64,000 bases of DNA from Octopus vulgaris (Eukaryota): the NCBI GenBank assembly GCA_951406725.2, contig OX597822.1, forward strand, positions 94,116,001-94,180,000. The letters run 5' to 3'. Position numbers and translations under genes: made by a program. This document shows positions 51,477 through 64,000 of this stretch, in pieces; the first letter of the stretch is position 1; the number at the start of each line of letters is the position of its first letter. Under the pieces are notes generated by a model. It did not search any database and had not been told where the DNA came from. It worked only from the letters and a program-made list of their open reading frames with translations.

Positions 51477-52988
51477 TTGAGTTGGCAACTAAGTTCCTGC
51501 CGTTTTTTTTAAATTTTGGTATTTATCGCATTTTTAAATTTTGGAATCTATTTTTTTCGAGAATTCTATTTTTGAATCATTTCGGAATCTATTTTGTTTT
51601 TGTTTTCTAGTTAATTTTAGTTAATTTTTGTTTACTTTCAGATCATTAAAATGGAATGTCAAGTAAAAAAGCATTTTCAACATCTCCTTCCTTTTGCTTT
51701 TAATCAAGGTTCTAAGGCCGCAAAAGTTGCTCGCGACATTTGTGCTGTGTATGGAGAGGGTGCCATATCAGAAAGAACCACTTGTGATTAGTATGCCAAG
51801 TTCAAAAATGGAAATTTTGACCTCAAAGACGCTCCTCATTCTGGCCATCCAGTTGAGTTTGATGAAGAGAGATTAACCCTTTAGTGTTTGCATTATTCTG
51901 CCAAAATTAATCCTTTTTTATCCACATTGCCTTGAACTAACCAGGCATTAATGTTGGTGCTATGAGATTTTGATGAGGTAGCTGTTAATTTTCAAAACGA
52001 TATTGTAGGGTTGGTGTGAGAGACCAGATCTGGCCAGTTTGAGCATAAAACAGGCAGAATACTTTTGGCCGGATATGGCCGGTTTAAATGCTAAAGGGTT
52101 AAACCAACTTTTGCATGAAAATTTGCGTCAAACGACAAGGGAACTGGCAGAGAAAATGAAATGTTCCCACTCTGCTATAGAGAAGCATCTTCACTCGATG
52201 GGAAAGGTTCAGAAGTATGGAGCATGGGTTCCGCATGTTTTAAGTGACAACAAAAATCAACGAGCCACAATCTCCGCTGGTTTGCTTGCTCGTTACCGCT
52301 CAATTCATGGACACAAGCAACGATTTCTTTACCGAATCATTACTGGCGATGAAAAATGCTGCCTGTACATCAATAGGAAGCAGCGTAAGGAATGGCTTTG
52401 CCCCGGTAAACAAGCGACACCGCATGTGAAACAAGGTCTTCATCCGCGTAAAACAATGTTGTGCGTATGGTGGGACTAGGAAGCAATTATCCATTATGAG
52501 TTACTTGAATGGAACCAAATGGTCAACATGGAAATCTATGTTCAACAGATGGAATGAGTCAACATGGCTGTTCAAGAGAAAAGACCTAATTGGCAGCATG
52601 GAGTTCTTCTGCTGCACAACAACGCCTGCCCTCATAACGCCAATATGACCAAGGAAGCCATTCAAACGCATTGCTGTGAAGTGCCGCCACACCCGCATAC
52701 TTTCCTGATTTAGCAACAACAGATTTCCACCTCTTTTGATGTCTTTCAAATGCTATGCGCAGAGTTTTGTTCAATGCTGATGCAGAATTGAGAGCTTGGT
52801 TGGATCAATTTTTCGAGTTGAAATTGGGTGATTTCTACCAATGAGGTAAAGAAAATCTTGTTGAACGTTGGGAAGAAGTTGTAAACAACAAGGGTGAATA
52901 CATTATTGATTAATTAGTTGTTATTTTTTATTAAACTGTTTTAGAAATTTAAATTTAAAAAACGGCAGGAATTTAGTTGCCAACCCAA
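51477..52988 (+). mobile_element. mariner transposon relic, both TIRs present
   Basis: TA|ttgagttggcaactaagttcctgccg...cggcaggaatttagttgccaacccaa|TA; WVPHVL, IITGDEK, MLCVWWD, HNNA. Confidence 0.93.
51877..52098 (-). mobile_element. piggyBac-like MITE nested in mariner
   Basis: TTAA TSD; excision restores DEERLNQLLHEN. Confidence 0.9.
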
Positions 52989-52998
52989 TATATATATG

Positions 52999-53041
<43 letters not shown>

Positions 53042-53075
53042 GTATATACATATACATATATATATATATATATTC

Positions 53076-53144
<69 letters not shown>

Positions 53145-53163
53145 TATATATATATATAATATA

Positions 53164-53237
<74 letters not shown>

Positions 53238-54212
53238 CATATATATGTATATATATATGTCTGTGTGTGTGTATATAAAAAGACATTTTTTCAGAATGCG
53301 ATAAAACACCAAGGCTGTGATGAATTTAGAACATTTATAAATAGAAGGTCTTACAGCTGCTTCCAGGATATTTTATATACTCTTCATTGGAGATGGCGTG
53401 AGAAAATGGTTAAGCAATAGTTAATTTAGATAAAATATGAAATAGAGAGTGAAGTGGAGGAGTGAAAATAGATGTGAGATACGCAGGCATATTGCATTTG
53501 TAGATCCATTATTTAGGTAGAATGGTATACATATAAGATTCCAAAAGTGTCCTTGCCCCTGGTATTGTACAAAAGTTGTGAAACGAGTGTCACCATCATG
53601 CAGGTGGAGTCCGTTGTTTCCAATTTCCCATGAAAACATACCTGGTCATGGTGATGTATTACCTTACTTGGAAACAGATGAAGGTTGGCAACAGGAAGGC
53701 CATCTGGCTGTAGAAAATTCATCTCATCAAATTCCATTATGTGTTATGATGTGGGTATACACGTCTGGTGTAAAACGGTATTACACAAATAAAGGCGGCG
53801 AGCTGGCAGAAACGTTAGCACACGCCGGGCGAAATGCGTAGCCGTATTTCGTCTGTCGTTACGTTGTGAGTTCAAATTCCGCCAAGGTCGACTTTGCCTT
53901 TCATCCTTTCGGGGTTGATAAATTAAGTACCAGTTATGCACTGGGGTCGATGTAATCGACTTAATACCTATGTCTGTCCTTGTTTGTCCCCTCTATGTTT
54001 AGCCCCTTGTGGGTAATGAAGAAATAGGTATTACGCAAATAAATAGTTGGTTGTAGTTATTTAAAAATAACCTATCGCAGAAATATGTGTTTACACAGAA
54101 TACACTCCATGCTATTTGAATGTAGGTATGATACTCAGTATTCACTGTTTAACTACTGACTGTTAAATCAACGCACATTGAACTAACATGGTTAACCAAC
54201 AAGATTGAACTC

Positions 54213-55507
54213 TTAGGTTGTCTGGTAAGTTCAGGGCATTTTTTAATATGCACAAAGGGATATAAGTAATTGACCTTTCAATAATTTCTATTCAAAGAAA
54301 TAATTTCCATTATTATTAATGACCTTTGCCCATCTATCAGGCAATTCAAGTATTCCATCAGCATAAAATTTGACTGGCTTTGAACAAGAAGATTTACATA
54401 GATGCATTTTGACTCCATCTAAATCATGAAATGCTTTCCTTGCAATGAGTTCTGTGGAGACAAGAACAAGTGGTAGTTGGATAGTGCAATATCATGAGAA
54501 TATGGTGGATTGGGTAAAAGACACCAGCAAAGTCCATGTAACTTTGTTTGGGTAGACAAAGACACATGTGGTCAGGCATTGCTTTGTTGGAACACTACCC
54601 CTTTCCTGTTGGCAATCTCTGTCCCCAATTCTTTGATTTTTTTTTGGTTCAAATTAGCCAGCTGATGACAATACACATCAGAATTAATGGTCTGGTTTTG
54701 TGGGAAAAGCTCATTATAAATAATACCTTTATGATCCCACCAAACACAAAGCATGGTTTTTTTTTTGGCATGGATATTTTTGTCTTTGGTTGCTGTTTTG
54801 GGGGGATCCTTATGCAAACTCCAGGATATTTTCCACACTACATTTTCGTACACAATCCATTTTACGTCTCCTGTTACAAGTTGTTTCAAAAAAGGCATGC
54901 TTTCATTCCATTTGAAAAGCATATCACAAATGGAATACTGGTCCAAGCAATTCTTTTCTGAGAGTTTGTGAGGGACCCATACATTTTAGCGAGAAATGTA
55001 TCCAAGCTTCACTAGGTGTTCATGAGCCATACTATTAGAAACTTCCAACTCCTCAGCAAAGTTTTCTACTTGCGACATTTGTTTTCTTTGATTTTTGCCT
55101 TTGAAACACCTTCAGCCAAATTCAGAGGCCTCCCACCGTGACTGTTGTTTTCCAAGCTAAACTCTCCAGCTTTAAATTTTGAAAACCACCTTTGAAAAGT
55201 TGATTCACCTACAGCATCATCATCACTATAAACTTCACAAATGTTTTTGCAAGTCTTTGCAGTATTTTCTCCATTTTTTTAAAAAAAGAAAAGCATTACA
55301 ATGTGATCATGAAATTTTTGGTTTTCTATTTCAAATGTCAATAAAGGGGAACTGGAATGAAAGATAAATCTATTTTTGTTTAGGAACAAAGATGAGATGC
55401 ACTACCACTTCAACCAACACTAAAATTTTAACTGTTTCATTTCAGGTGTTTAATGAAATGTTTAAAGATTTTGCTTTAAAATGCTCAGAACTTTCTGGAC
55501 AACCTAA
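54213..55507 (-). mobile_element. mariner transposon relic
   Basis: imperfect TIRs ttaggttgtc...gacaacctaa; LVTGDVKWIVYEN, MLCVWWDHKGII. Confidence 0.85.
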
Positions 55508-56698
55508 CACCATCACTGACTATGTTCTGACAATTCACTCAGTTCTTATTTATTGTAATCACTTAGTTCACCTTCAGTCAGTCGGGGGTGTTCAGGATTC
55601 TCCCACGTGAGCATGGAAAAGTGGACATTAAAATGATGATGATGATGATTTTCCAGCTCTTTGCATTCTGAGTTCAAATCCTGCTATAGCCCACTTGGGC
55701 GATATACTTAATTCATCACTCAGAAAACAGCTTCAGTCACTTTGAAAAAACTACATAACTTCATACTATACACTTAGAACAATCTTTTTATCTATTTTTT
55801 CTTTTATCTCTTACTTATTCCGGTCACTGGACTGTGACTGTGCTGAGACAATGCCTTAAAGGGGTTTAGTTAGACAAATCCACTCTAGCATTAACTTTTT
55901 TTTCTTTTAAAGTACTTATGTTATCAGTCTCTTTTGCTAGACTGCTAAGTTACAGGGATGTAAGCCAATCAACGCTGGTTGTCAAGCAGTAATAGAAGAC
56001 CAAGACACACACACACACACACACACACACAAGCATGCATGCATACACACAGATACGTACATTCTTTTACTTGTTTCAGTCATGTGACTGTGGCCACGCT
56101 GGAACATCATCTTAAAGGGGTTTTTTTTAGCAAAAGACATCGATCCCAGGACTTATTCTTTGTAAGTCTAGTACTTATTCTATCAGTCTATTTTACTGAA
56201 CCATTAAGTTACGGGAGCGTAAACACACCAACATCAGTTGCCAAGGGGGGACAAACATAGTTGCCAAGGGGGGACAAACATAGTTGCCAAGGGGGGACAA
56301 ACATAGACACAAAGACACACACACATAAATATGTACCCACACACAATGGGCTTCTTTTAGTTTCTGTCTACCAAATCCACTCAAAAGGCTTAAGTCAGCT
56401 TGAGGCTATAGTAGAAGACATTTCCTCAAGGTGCCATACAGTGGGACTGAACCTGGAACTGTGTGGTTGGGAAACACCATCTGCCAAATCTGTGTACAAA
56501 GCTTTGGTCAGCCCATGGTTATAGTGGAAGACACTTGTCCAATATGTTATGTTGTGGGGTGGAACCCAAGACCACATTGTTGGGAAGCAAGCATCTTTAT
56601 CACATAGTCACAAATGGATTTTTTTTTTGCTCTAAACAGAAGCAATTCTCAAATTCCTCTTTCATGTTGTGAATATTTTTCTTCTCTCTCAACTTCAG

Positions 56699-56924
56699 CC
56701 AAAAGAAGACGGAGAATTTATAGGCATGAAACAATCTGCAGATGGAAGAAAACGTAAAGTATCGAAAAAGGCAAAAGCTAAAACGACGAACGAAGATTTG
56801 TTAAATACAGAAGCTAGTCATGACGAAAATTCTTCAGCATATAGTCCAGTTAAAGGAAAATACAAAGGTTATGAAGTGCTTTTTGATGACGATGATGTCA
56901 GTACAAAGATTATTTCTTCTAATG
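56699..56924 (+). CDS. XRRA1: XRRA1-like exon (PKEDGEF...KYKGYEVLFDD...)
   Basis: cttcag acceptor, g|gtgaga donor, YKGYE.L motif, phase 0-1. Confidence 0.8.
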
Positions 56925-57139
56925 GTGAGAAATCCTACCACAATAAGATTTCATAAAATTTTGCTATCTGATGCGGTTGTTGTTTGATGCATTTCTTGGT
57001 TCGAGTCCTACTGAGGTTGTGTTTGCTTTGTGTTCTTCTGAGGGTTGATGGAATAAGGTGTCTGTAATGTGATGATATTGATATTGATTATAATCCACTG
57101 TTCCACCCCAACAAATTGCAGGCTCCCTGGAGGTTGTAG

Positions 57140-57390
57140 ATAGTTTCTGTTACCTAGGTGACCAAATTAGGAGTGGAGGATGTTCTGAAAGAATTGTTGC
57201 TAGAATAAGAATAGGATGGAGAAAATTCAAAGGACTTTCTTTCTGTTGGCAACAATAGACTCCCTCCCAGAGTGAAAATCAGATTGCATGATGCTTGGAT
57301 ATGAACAGCTATGCTACTGAGATGTGAGCTCTGAATGCAGAGGACATGCAAAGACTGGAGAGGAATTAAGCTAGTATACTCTTATGGATG
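57140..57390 (+). mobile_element. RTE LINE fragment
   Basis: LEVVDSFCYLGDQI...ARIRIGWRKFK, homologous to the 22300-22500 region. Confidence 0.75.
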
Positions 57391-59052
57391 TGCACTCCAT
57401 AGACATGCATATCCTTAATGTAGTTGTTAGGGAAATTCAGCAAGACACACTGAATGTAACAAGTCTGGCTCATTGAACTACAGATACAACACATTTCTGC
57501 TTGCAGAGTGGACTGGAGCAACATGAAATAAAGTGTCTTGCCCAAGGACACAAAGCATTGCCGGGAATTGAACTCATGACTTTACAATCGTGAGATGAAT
57601 ACACTAACCACTAAGCCATGCACCATCAATGTAGTACAAATTACTACATTGGTTAAGCTGTAGCAAATTTTGAGTTGCTGTATTACGTTTTTATTTGCAT
57701 ACCACTGAGATGTTTCTATGACTAGACTTGAATCCACAGCCCCAGTGAACATAGTATAGTAGCTGTACTAGAGAACTGTGAATTCTAAAAATTCACATCA
57801 GTAATATAGGCACAGATATGGCTGAAGGGTGCGTTTAGGGAGCAGTGCAAGACATGGAGAAATGGGACAAAATTACGTTTAGATAGAGGTAGTGTAATGT
57901 CAGAAGATTTGGATGAACAGAATAGCTGCTTTTTATAAATTATTATGATGCCAACAACATTTATAAGGCGGCGAGCTGGCAGAATCGTTAGCCACCCGGG
58001 TGAAATGCTTAGCGGTATTTCATCTGCCGCTATGTTCTGAGTTCAAATTCTGCCGAGGTCGACTTTGCCTTTCATCCTTTCGGGGTCGATAAATTAAGTA
58101 CCAGTTACGTGCTAGGGTCGATGTAATCGACTTAATCCCTTTGTCTGTCCTTGTTTGTCCCTTCTGTGTTTAGCCCTTTGTGGGCAATAAAGAAATAAGA
58201 ATAGCTGCTGTTGTAGTAGCAGTGAGCGAGGGGGGGTGCAGAAGGACTTAAACAGTGGGACAGGAATCAGTTAAACTCAGGGATTAACGGTTTGCTTCTG
58301 AAATTGCTGACATTTTCTTGGAAGGGATCTGAAAGATCTGTCCCAGCATAAAAGTAAATGAAACACTAACAGTTAATTCAAAGCCACGAATCATAACAGG
58401 CTTGTCCAACAGATCATCTGTGTAACAGCTGATTCATAAAATGCATTAAGAAAAAGTCCTTTGCTCATCTCATAAATATATTGGAGTACTACTCACATAG
58501 TTGGAATAGTGTTGCTACCTGACACGTGAATACTGCATCCAATAAATTCAAACAACTGGGTCATAGCTAACTTGTTACTTTTCGCTGCCTCTGAACGATC
58601 TTATCCCGTACTCTTCTAATTCAAACTTATCTGACACACGTGTCTCTTCTCACTGCTTCATCTACCTCTATGACAACAGTTTATGCTGGCTTGAACTATC
58701 TTACTCTATATCCTCCTATCATAGACTTATCTGTCACAGCATTTGTCTCTTCTTTGTCATTACTACTGTGCTTGCCTTCCTTCCTACCTTTGCATAAAAT
58801 TTATTCTAATTATTCCTTATCAGAAAGGGAATTTCCTTCTCTATTTGCATTTTTCCAATTGGTACTAATCTACTGATGTTCCAAGAGAACTTCAGTCACA
58901 TCAATTTCACCATTGGCAGGAAGAGGTTAGTAAAGCCCATTAGTATTGTCACTTCTTCCTTTCATTACTATAAAATAATTATGTCCTGTATATATATTTT
59001 ATAAACAATATTTCCCAGTTATTTCAACTAAATATTTTCCCTTCCTGCGCAG

Positions 59053-59159
59053 ATAAATTAATGAATATCAATGCACTACGCCAGGCGCTAAAAACTGATT
59101 TACCATTCAAAAGACGCATTCCAAAGAATTTTACACAAGAACTTGTTTTAAAATCAAAG
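59053..59159 (+). CDS. XRRA1: XRRA1-like exon (DKLMNINALRQALKTDLPFKRR...)
   Basis: ctgcgcag acceptor, aag|gtaagt donor, phase 1-0. Confidence 0.75.
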
Positions 59160-59174
59160 GTAAGTGTAGTCATA

Positions 59175-60285
59175 CGAGGATGGGCTGAAAAGTTGATATG
59201 CTGATTATGAAGGAGTGATGCTCAACTGTGAAATTTTGCATGGATCAATTTCAACACTTCTTATTAGTAACTACATTATTTCTTTCCAGATAAACTGACA
59301 TCCGACTATTCAAAGAAGATTTCAAAAATCTTCTTGAAAATCAACAAAATTTGGCATCATGCTGTTATCAAGCACCTGAAGAAAAAGGGTGTAGCCCCCA
59401 AGGATATTCATACAGCCATAGTTACTACATTAGGAGATGGTGCTCTAGCTTTATCAACAATGTAGAATTTAGGAGGGGTAAGGAAGAGCCTTGAAGATGA
59501 CCCAAGGTCTGGATATCCTGTAACTGCCATCACTGAAGGAGACATTGATCATGTTCACCACATGGTGATGGATGATAGGCAATTTACTATAAATCAAATA
59601 TCCACTACTATTAGCATATCCTGTAAGAAAGTTGAGAATATTCTGCAAAATGAACTTGACATGACAAAAGTTTATGCTTGGTATGTACCATGTTTTCTGA
59701 CGCCCGATCAAAAGCACACCAGACTGATCACATCATGGGAAAATTTGACATTGTTTTAGGTAGATCTAGCTGGTTTTCTTGAACATTTCCTAATCCAGGA
59801 TGAGTGTTGAGCCAGAGATAAAGAGAGAATCCATGCAGTGGAAACATTCCTCCTCACCTGCTCCAAAGAAGGCCAAGGTCGTTTCATTTGCAAGGAAAGT
59901 GATGGTCTCAGTGTTTTGGGATGCAAAATGTGTTTATTGACTATCTATAAAAGGGCCACACCAACAACAGAGAGTACTATTCCAACTTGCTGGAGCAGTT
60001 ATGAAAGGCTATTAAGACCAAACACCTAGGAAAACTGAAGAAATGGGTCTTGTTCATCAGGGTAATGCTTCAGCACTCAAGTCCTTGATTTCAATGGCTG
60101 TTGCACGTGACTGTGGATTTGAACTGGTCAATCATCCACCCTATTCTCCTGATTTAACTCTATCTGACTATCATCTGTTCCTCAACGTGAAAAAACACTT
60201 GGCTGGGAACTAGTTTTGAAGTGATGATGTTATCATGTTTGCTGCTGAATTTTTTGACCAACAGGATGAAATCTTCTTCACTGTT
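59175..60285 (+). mobile_element. mariner transposon relic
   Basis: TA|cgaggatgggctgaaaagtt left end; EDDPRSG, WYVP, HPPYSPDL.LSDYHLF. Confidence 0.85.
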
Positions 60286-60776
60286 TTATCAGATTTAGTA
60301 TTCTTAGATCTATTCTAGTGACAGCACACATACAGTAAGACATGGACAATGTAATGTGTGTGTGTTTATATATGTATCTATGTATATGCATGCATGTGTA
60401 TGTGTGTGTGTGACTCACAATGCAAGTCCAAAAGACTAAATTTCAAGCTAGTAAGCAACTAGCACTCCCACCCACTCTCCCATTCTCCACCCCTTTAGAA
60501 ATGAAAACTAATTACAAAATAAGGTGCTACTATCTTATATTTTAATTTTCAACTTTTCATCTCAAATTCTTCATATTCTTATACTCTTTTACTTGTTTCA
60601 GTCATTTGACTGTGGCCATGCTGGAGCACTGCCTTTAGCCGAGCAAATCAACCCCAGAACTTATTCTTTGTAAGCCTAGTACTTATTCTATCGGTCTCTT
60701 TTGCCGAACCGCTAAGTTATGGGGACGTAAACATACCACCATCGGTTGTGAAGCAATGTTAGGGGGACAAACACAG

Positions 60777-60833
<57 letters not shown>

Positions 60834-61690
60834 CACACATATATACGACGGGCTTCTTTCAGTTTCTGTCTACCAAATCCACTCACAAGGCTTTGGTCGA
60901 CCTGAGGCTATAGTAGAAGACACTTGCCCAAGGTGCCACGCAGTGGGACTGAATCCAGAACCATGTGGTTGGTAAGCAAGCTACTTACCACACAGCCAAC
61001 AAAAAAATTCTTCATGTCAGACTTGTGTAATTATATTGAACAGCTGCCATTGCATGCAGACTATATCTGGCTATCAGCAGAGCCATTCATAAAGATCATC
61101 TCGCTTTCCTTTGGCTGGGAAGATCAAACAGTAATTTTTCTTCTGTTGGATGGCTTTATCAAATGAGACTGTACAATGGGGGAAACTGAAAGGACTAAAG
61201 ATACACTTTTTCCTTTGGGTTAAGTCCTCAAGCCCTCTACTTAGTGAAAAAAAGTTAGAATGAAAAGAGAGGGAGGTGACACCTTCCTATAAATTCACTG
61301 CAAGGTTGGTGGAAGTGGCTTGAATGGACCTGGTGAATGGATTTATTTTCAGAAAGAGCATGTAAAATATAGTTAGGAGTACCAATCTGTGTTTTGTGGG
61401 GTGCTCCCCCAATTTAACCCAAGGTGGCTGTTTTTCAACCTATTGGAATTTCTCATTTCATATCCATTTTTGCTGTTGGTTTTTCATGCCAGTTTTCCCA
61501 TACATGGTTGTATGAATCCCTTCCACCACCACCTCCTCCTCCTCCTCCCCACCCCTTCTCCTTCCCCCACCCCTCCTCCCGTAACGTGTCTCCTCATATA
61601 TTTCTCTGTATGAGGAAATGATGAAATGAGTGTTACTTTGATTTTTATTATTTATTCATTTTTATTTATTTATTTATTTTTTTTTTGTAG

Positions 61691-61861
61691 GAAGCTGCTT
61701 CAAAGCCTGGAGACAGTTTTGAAGAGCGGATCGATAAAGTCCTACTGAATATCCGAGAGCAAACTGTATTGCATGAAGTTAACCTTGGTGAAATATTCAG
61801 CAATCGAGCCTTATACAAGGAAGAATACAAAGAAGCCCGGAGGCTTATAAAACGGGTCCAA
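61691..61861 (+). CDS. XRRA1: XRRA1-like exon (EAASKPGDSFEERIDKVLLNIRE...EYKEARRLIKRVQ)
   Basis: long T tract plus tag acceptor; resembles XRRA1 C-terminal Y.EAKRLL..FQ; donor uncertain (61855 or 61861). Confidence 0.7.
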
Positions 61862-62914
61862 GTTTCATTTCATTATTTAAAAAAAAATATATATATTCAA
61901 ATCATTTGAAGTTTATCTTAGGGCTGGGTTTAGACATAGGTTAAACTATCTACAATTTAAGAGAAACTAACAATTTGAAGAGGAGGGTAAAAATTCCAGA
62001 AATTTTTTCATTCTTTAGTTTAATTATAATTTATATTTAAGTAAGGATCTAAATCAGTTAATCTAATTTCTAGTTAACATCAATAGTTAACATCAAAAAG
62101 CACCAATCCAATGGTGGCCGTTGCCAGCCTCGCCTGGCACCTGTGCCGGTGGCACGTAAAAAGCACCCACTACACTCACGGAGTGGTTGGTGTTAGGAAG
62201 GGCATCCAGCTGTAGAAACACTGCCAGATCAGACAGGAGCCTGGTGCAGCCTTTCTGGCTTCCCAGATCCCGGTCGAACCGTCCAACCCATGCTAGCATG
62301 GAGAACGGACGTTAAACGATGATGATGATCATCATTAATGCTGAACCTTACAAACAAAATGACAAAAGACAGAAACACCTGGTCCCTAGCTATACTCAAG
62401 AAGATCTGTCCCCCACAGCAGAAGTGTTAAGGCCGCATCCCCTGGTAAAGAGGATTGGCCTGCCTGAGCCCTGCATTGGTGCCATGTAAAAAGCACTCAT
62501 GCCAGGGCCATGTTAAAAGCATTCAGCCATAGAAACCAAACCAAATGAGACTGGGACCTGGGGCTTGCCAGCACTGATCAAACCATCCAACCTACACCAT
62601 TTAGAAAATAGATGTTAAAGGATGATGATGAATTGGCATTAACAAATTAAAACCAATCATTTAGAAAGATCATTACTCACTCAGATTTGTAGTAATACAA
62701 TATTTTATAATTATGCTTAAATATCCATTGTCATTAGTTTCTTTTGTCTGTTTCTATAATTTACCTTATTCTTTGTTAATAATTGCCATAAATCAGCACC
62801 TCACAATATCTAAATTAGGCCCTTCTTTTTCTGATAAGTTAATATTGAGGCAAAGTAGAGAAATGGTTCTTTAGCAGTTTGAATGATGTACTCAGTTGTT
62901 CCATCTTCATTATC

Positions 62915-63600
62915 ATCACCATCATCATCATCATCAACATTTAATGTCTGTTTTCCATGCTGGCACGGGTTGGTTGGCTTGGCAGGAACTTGCAAGATCA
63001 GGGGCTGCATCAAGTTCCATAGTCTGTTTTGACTTGGTTTCTACAGCTGGATGCCCTTCCCAATGCTATCCACTTCACAAAGTGTACTGGATGCTTTTTA
63101 CGTGGCACCATCACCAGTACTTTTTACATGCCACTAGCACCCACACCAATACTTTTTACATGACATCTTGGTTTTAGGATCCCAATTCTGTTGTGTTGGG
63201 TGGGTCTTCTTGAGTACAGCAATGTGCCATGTATCTCGGTCCTTTGTCATCTCCTTTGTAAGGCTCAACATTTTGAGATTGGCCTTCAATACTTTGACCC
63301 ATGTCCTCCTGGGTTTCCCTCTTCCATAACCTCCCTTTACTTTAAGCAGTTGACATTTCTTTATGCAACTGTCCTCATCCATCTACATCACATGACCAAA
63401 TCAGTGTAGTCTCCTCTCATCCACACAGCATATAATTCCTCCATTGCTCAGATTCTATCTTAAAACACCAGTGCTTTGTCGCACATGCACACAGACATTG
63501 CACATCCAACAGAACATACCAGCTTTGTTTCTCTCCAGCCTTTGCATGTCTTCCACATTCCAGGTCCACAATGCACTACCATACAGCATCACAGTTTGAT
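62915..63600 (-). mobile_element. old RTE LINE 3' fragment
   Basis: EDSCIKKC...GRGKPRRTW, RTE 3' UTR and (gat)n tail. Confidence 0.8.
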
Positions 63601-64000
63601 CAACTATATTACCAGCTCATTGAATTAGGGTGTAAATGCCTTCTTCCTCTGTAATGAGAGTCCTGACTATCTGTACTAAACAGGTGGGCTCTTTGCCTCA
63701 TTTCAAAGAAAACTGACATGGAATTTTTGGTGCATATAGTTGAATACATGCTATTACCTGGAACTCACTTCCACTAAAAAAAAAGGCTAGTTACCTTTTC
63801 AAGTCATGTCTACTCGTAAGGGCCAATTTCCCGGTTTCCATGGTATATATATTTTCCACCAGGACAGGACACCAATCCATTGCAGGATTATTCATTTTTG
63901 CCCACTGAGTGGGCTGGAGCAATGTGAAATGAAGTGTTTTGCTTGAAAACACAATGCATTGCCTGGTCCAGAAATCGAAACCACAATCTTTACAATCACA

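Overview
AT-rich, repeat-dense animal genomic DNA; the SINE/LINE repertoire and microsatellite load look like an octopus (inference). One host gene runs on the + strand through the window: ten splice-phase-compatible internal exons (3578-~61861) encode a leucine-rich-repeat protein most like XRRA1, including a 1.38-kb exon with SRKGSxx heptad repeats. The introns hold nested mobile DNA: a near-complete Neptune-type Penelope-like element (PLE) with direct pseudo-LTRs, a second truncated PLE, RTE, CR1 and R4/Dong LINE pieces, Tc1/mariner relics, TTAA-, TA- and 8-bp-TSD MITEs, Helitron-like elements, several tRNA-derived SINE families and tandem repeats. The main hidden signal is a set of at least five sequence-unrelated type I hammerhead-ribozyme folds (11877, 16655/21136/42112, 28421, 32572, 48851). 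Most have a palindromic or near-palindromic stem III, several have unusually long stem II or a non-canonical core, and all lie in modules abutting microsatellites. Coordinates were counted by hand; repeat edges are approximate.
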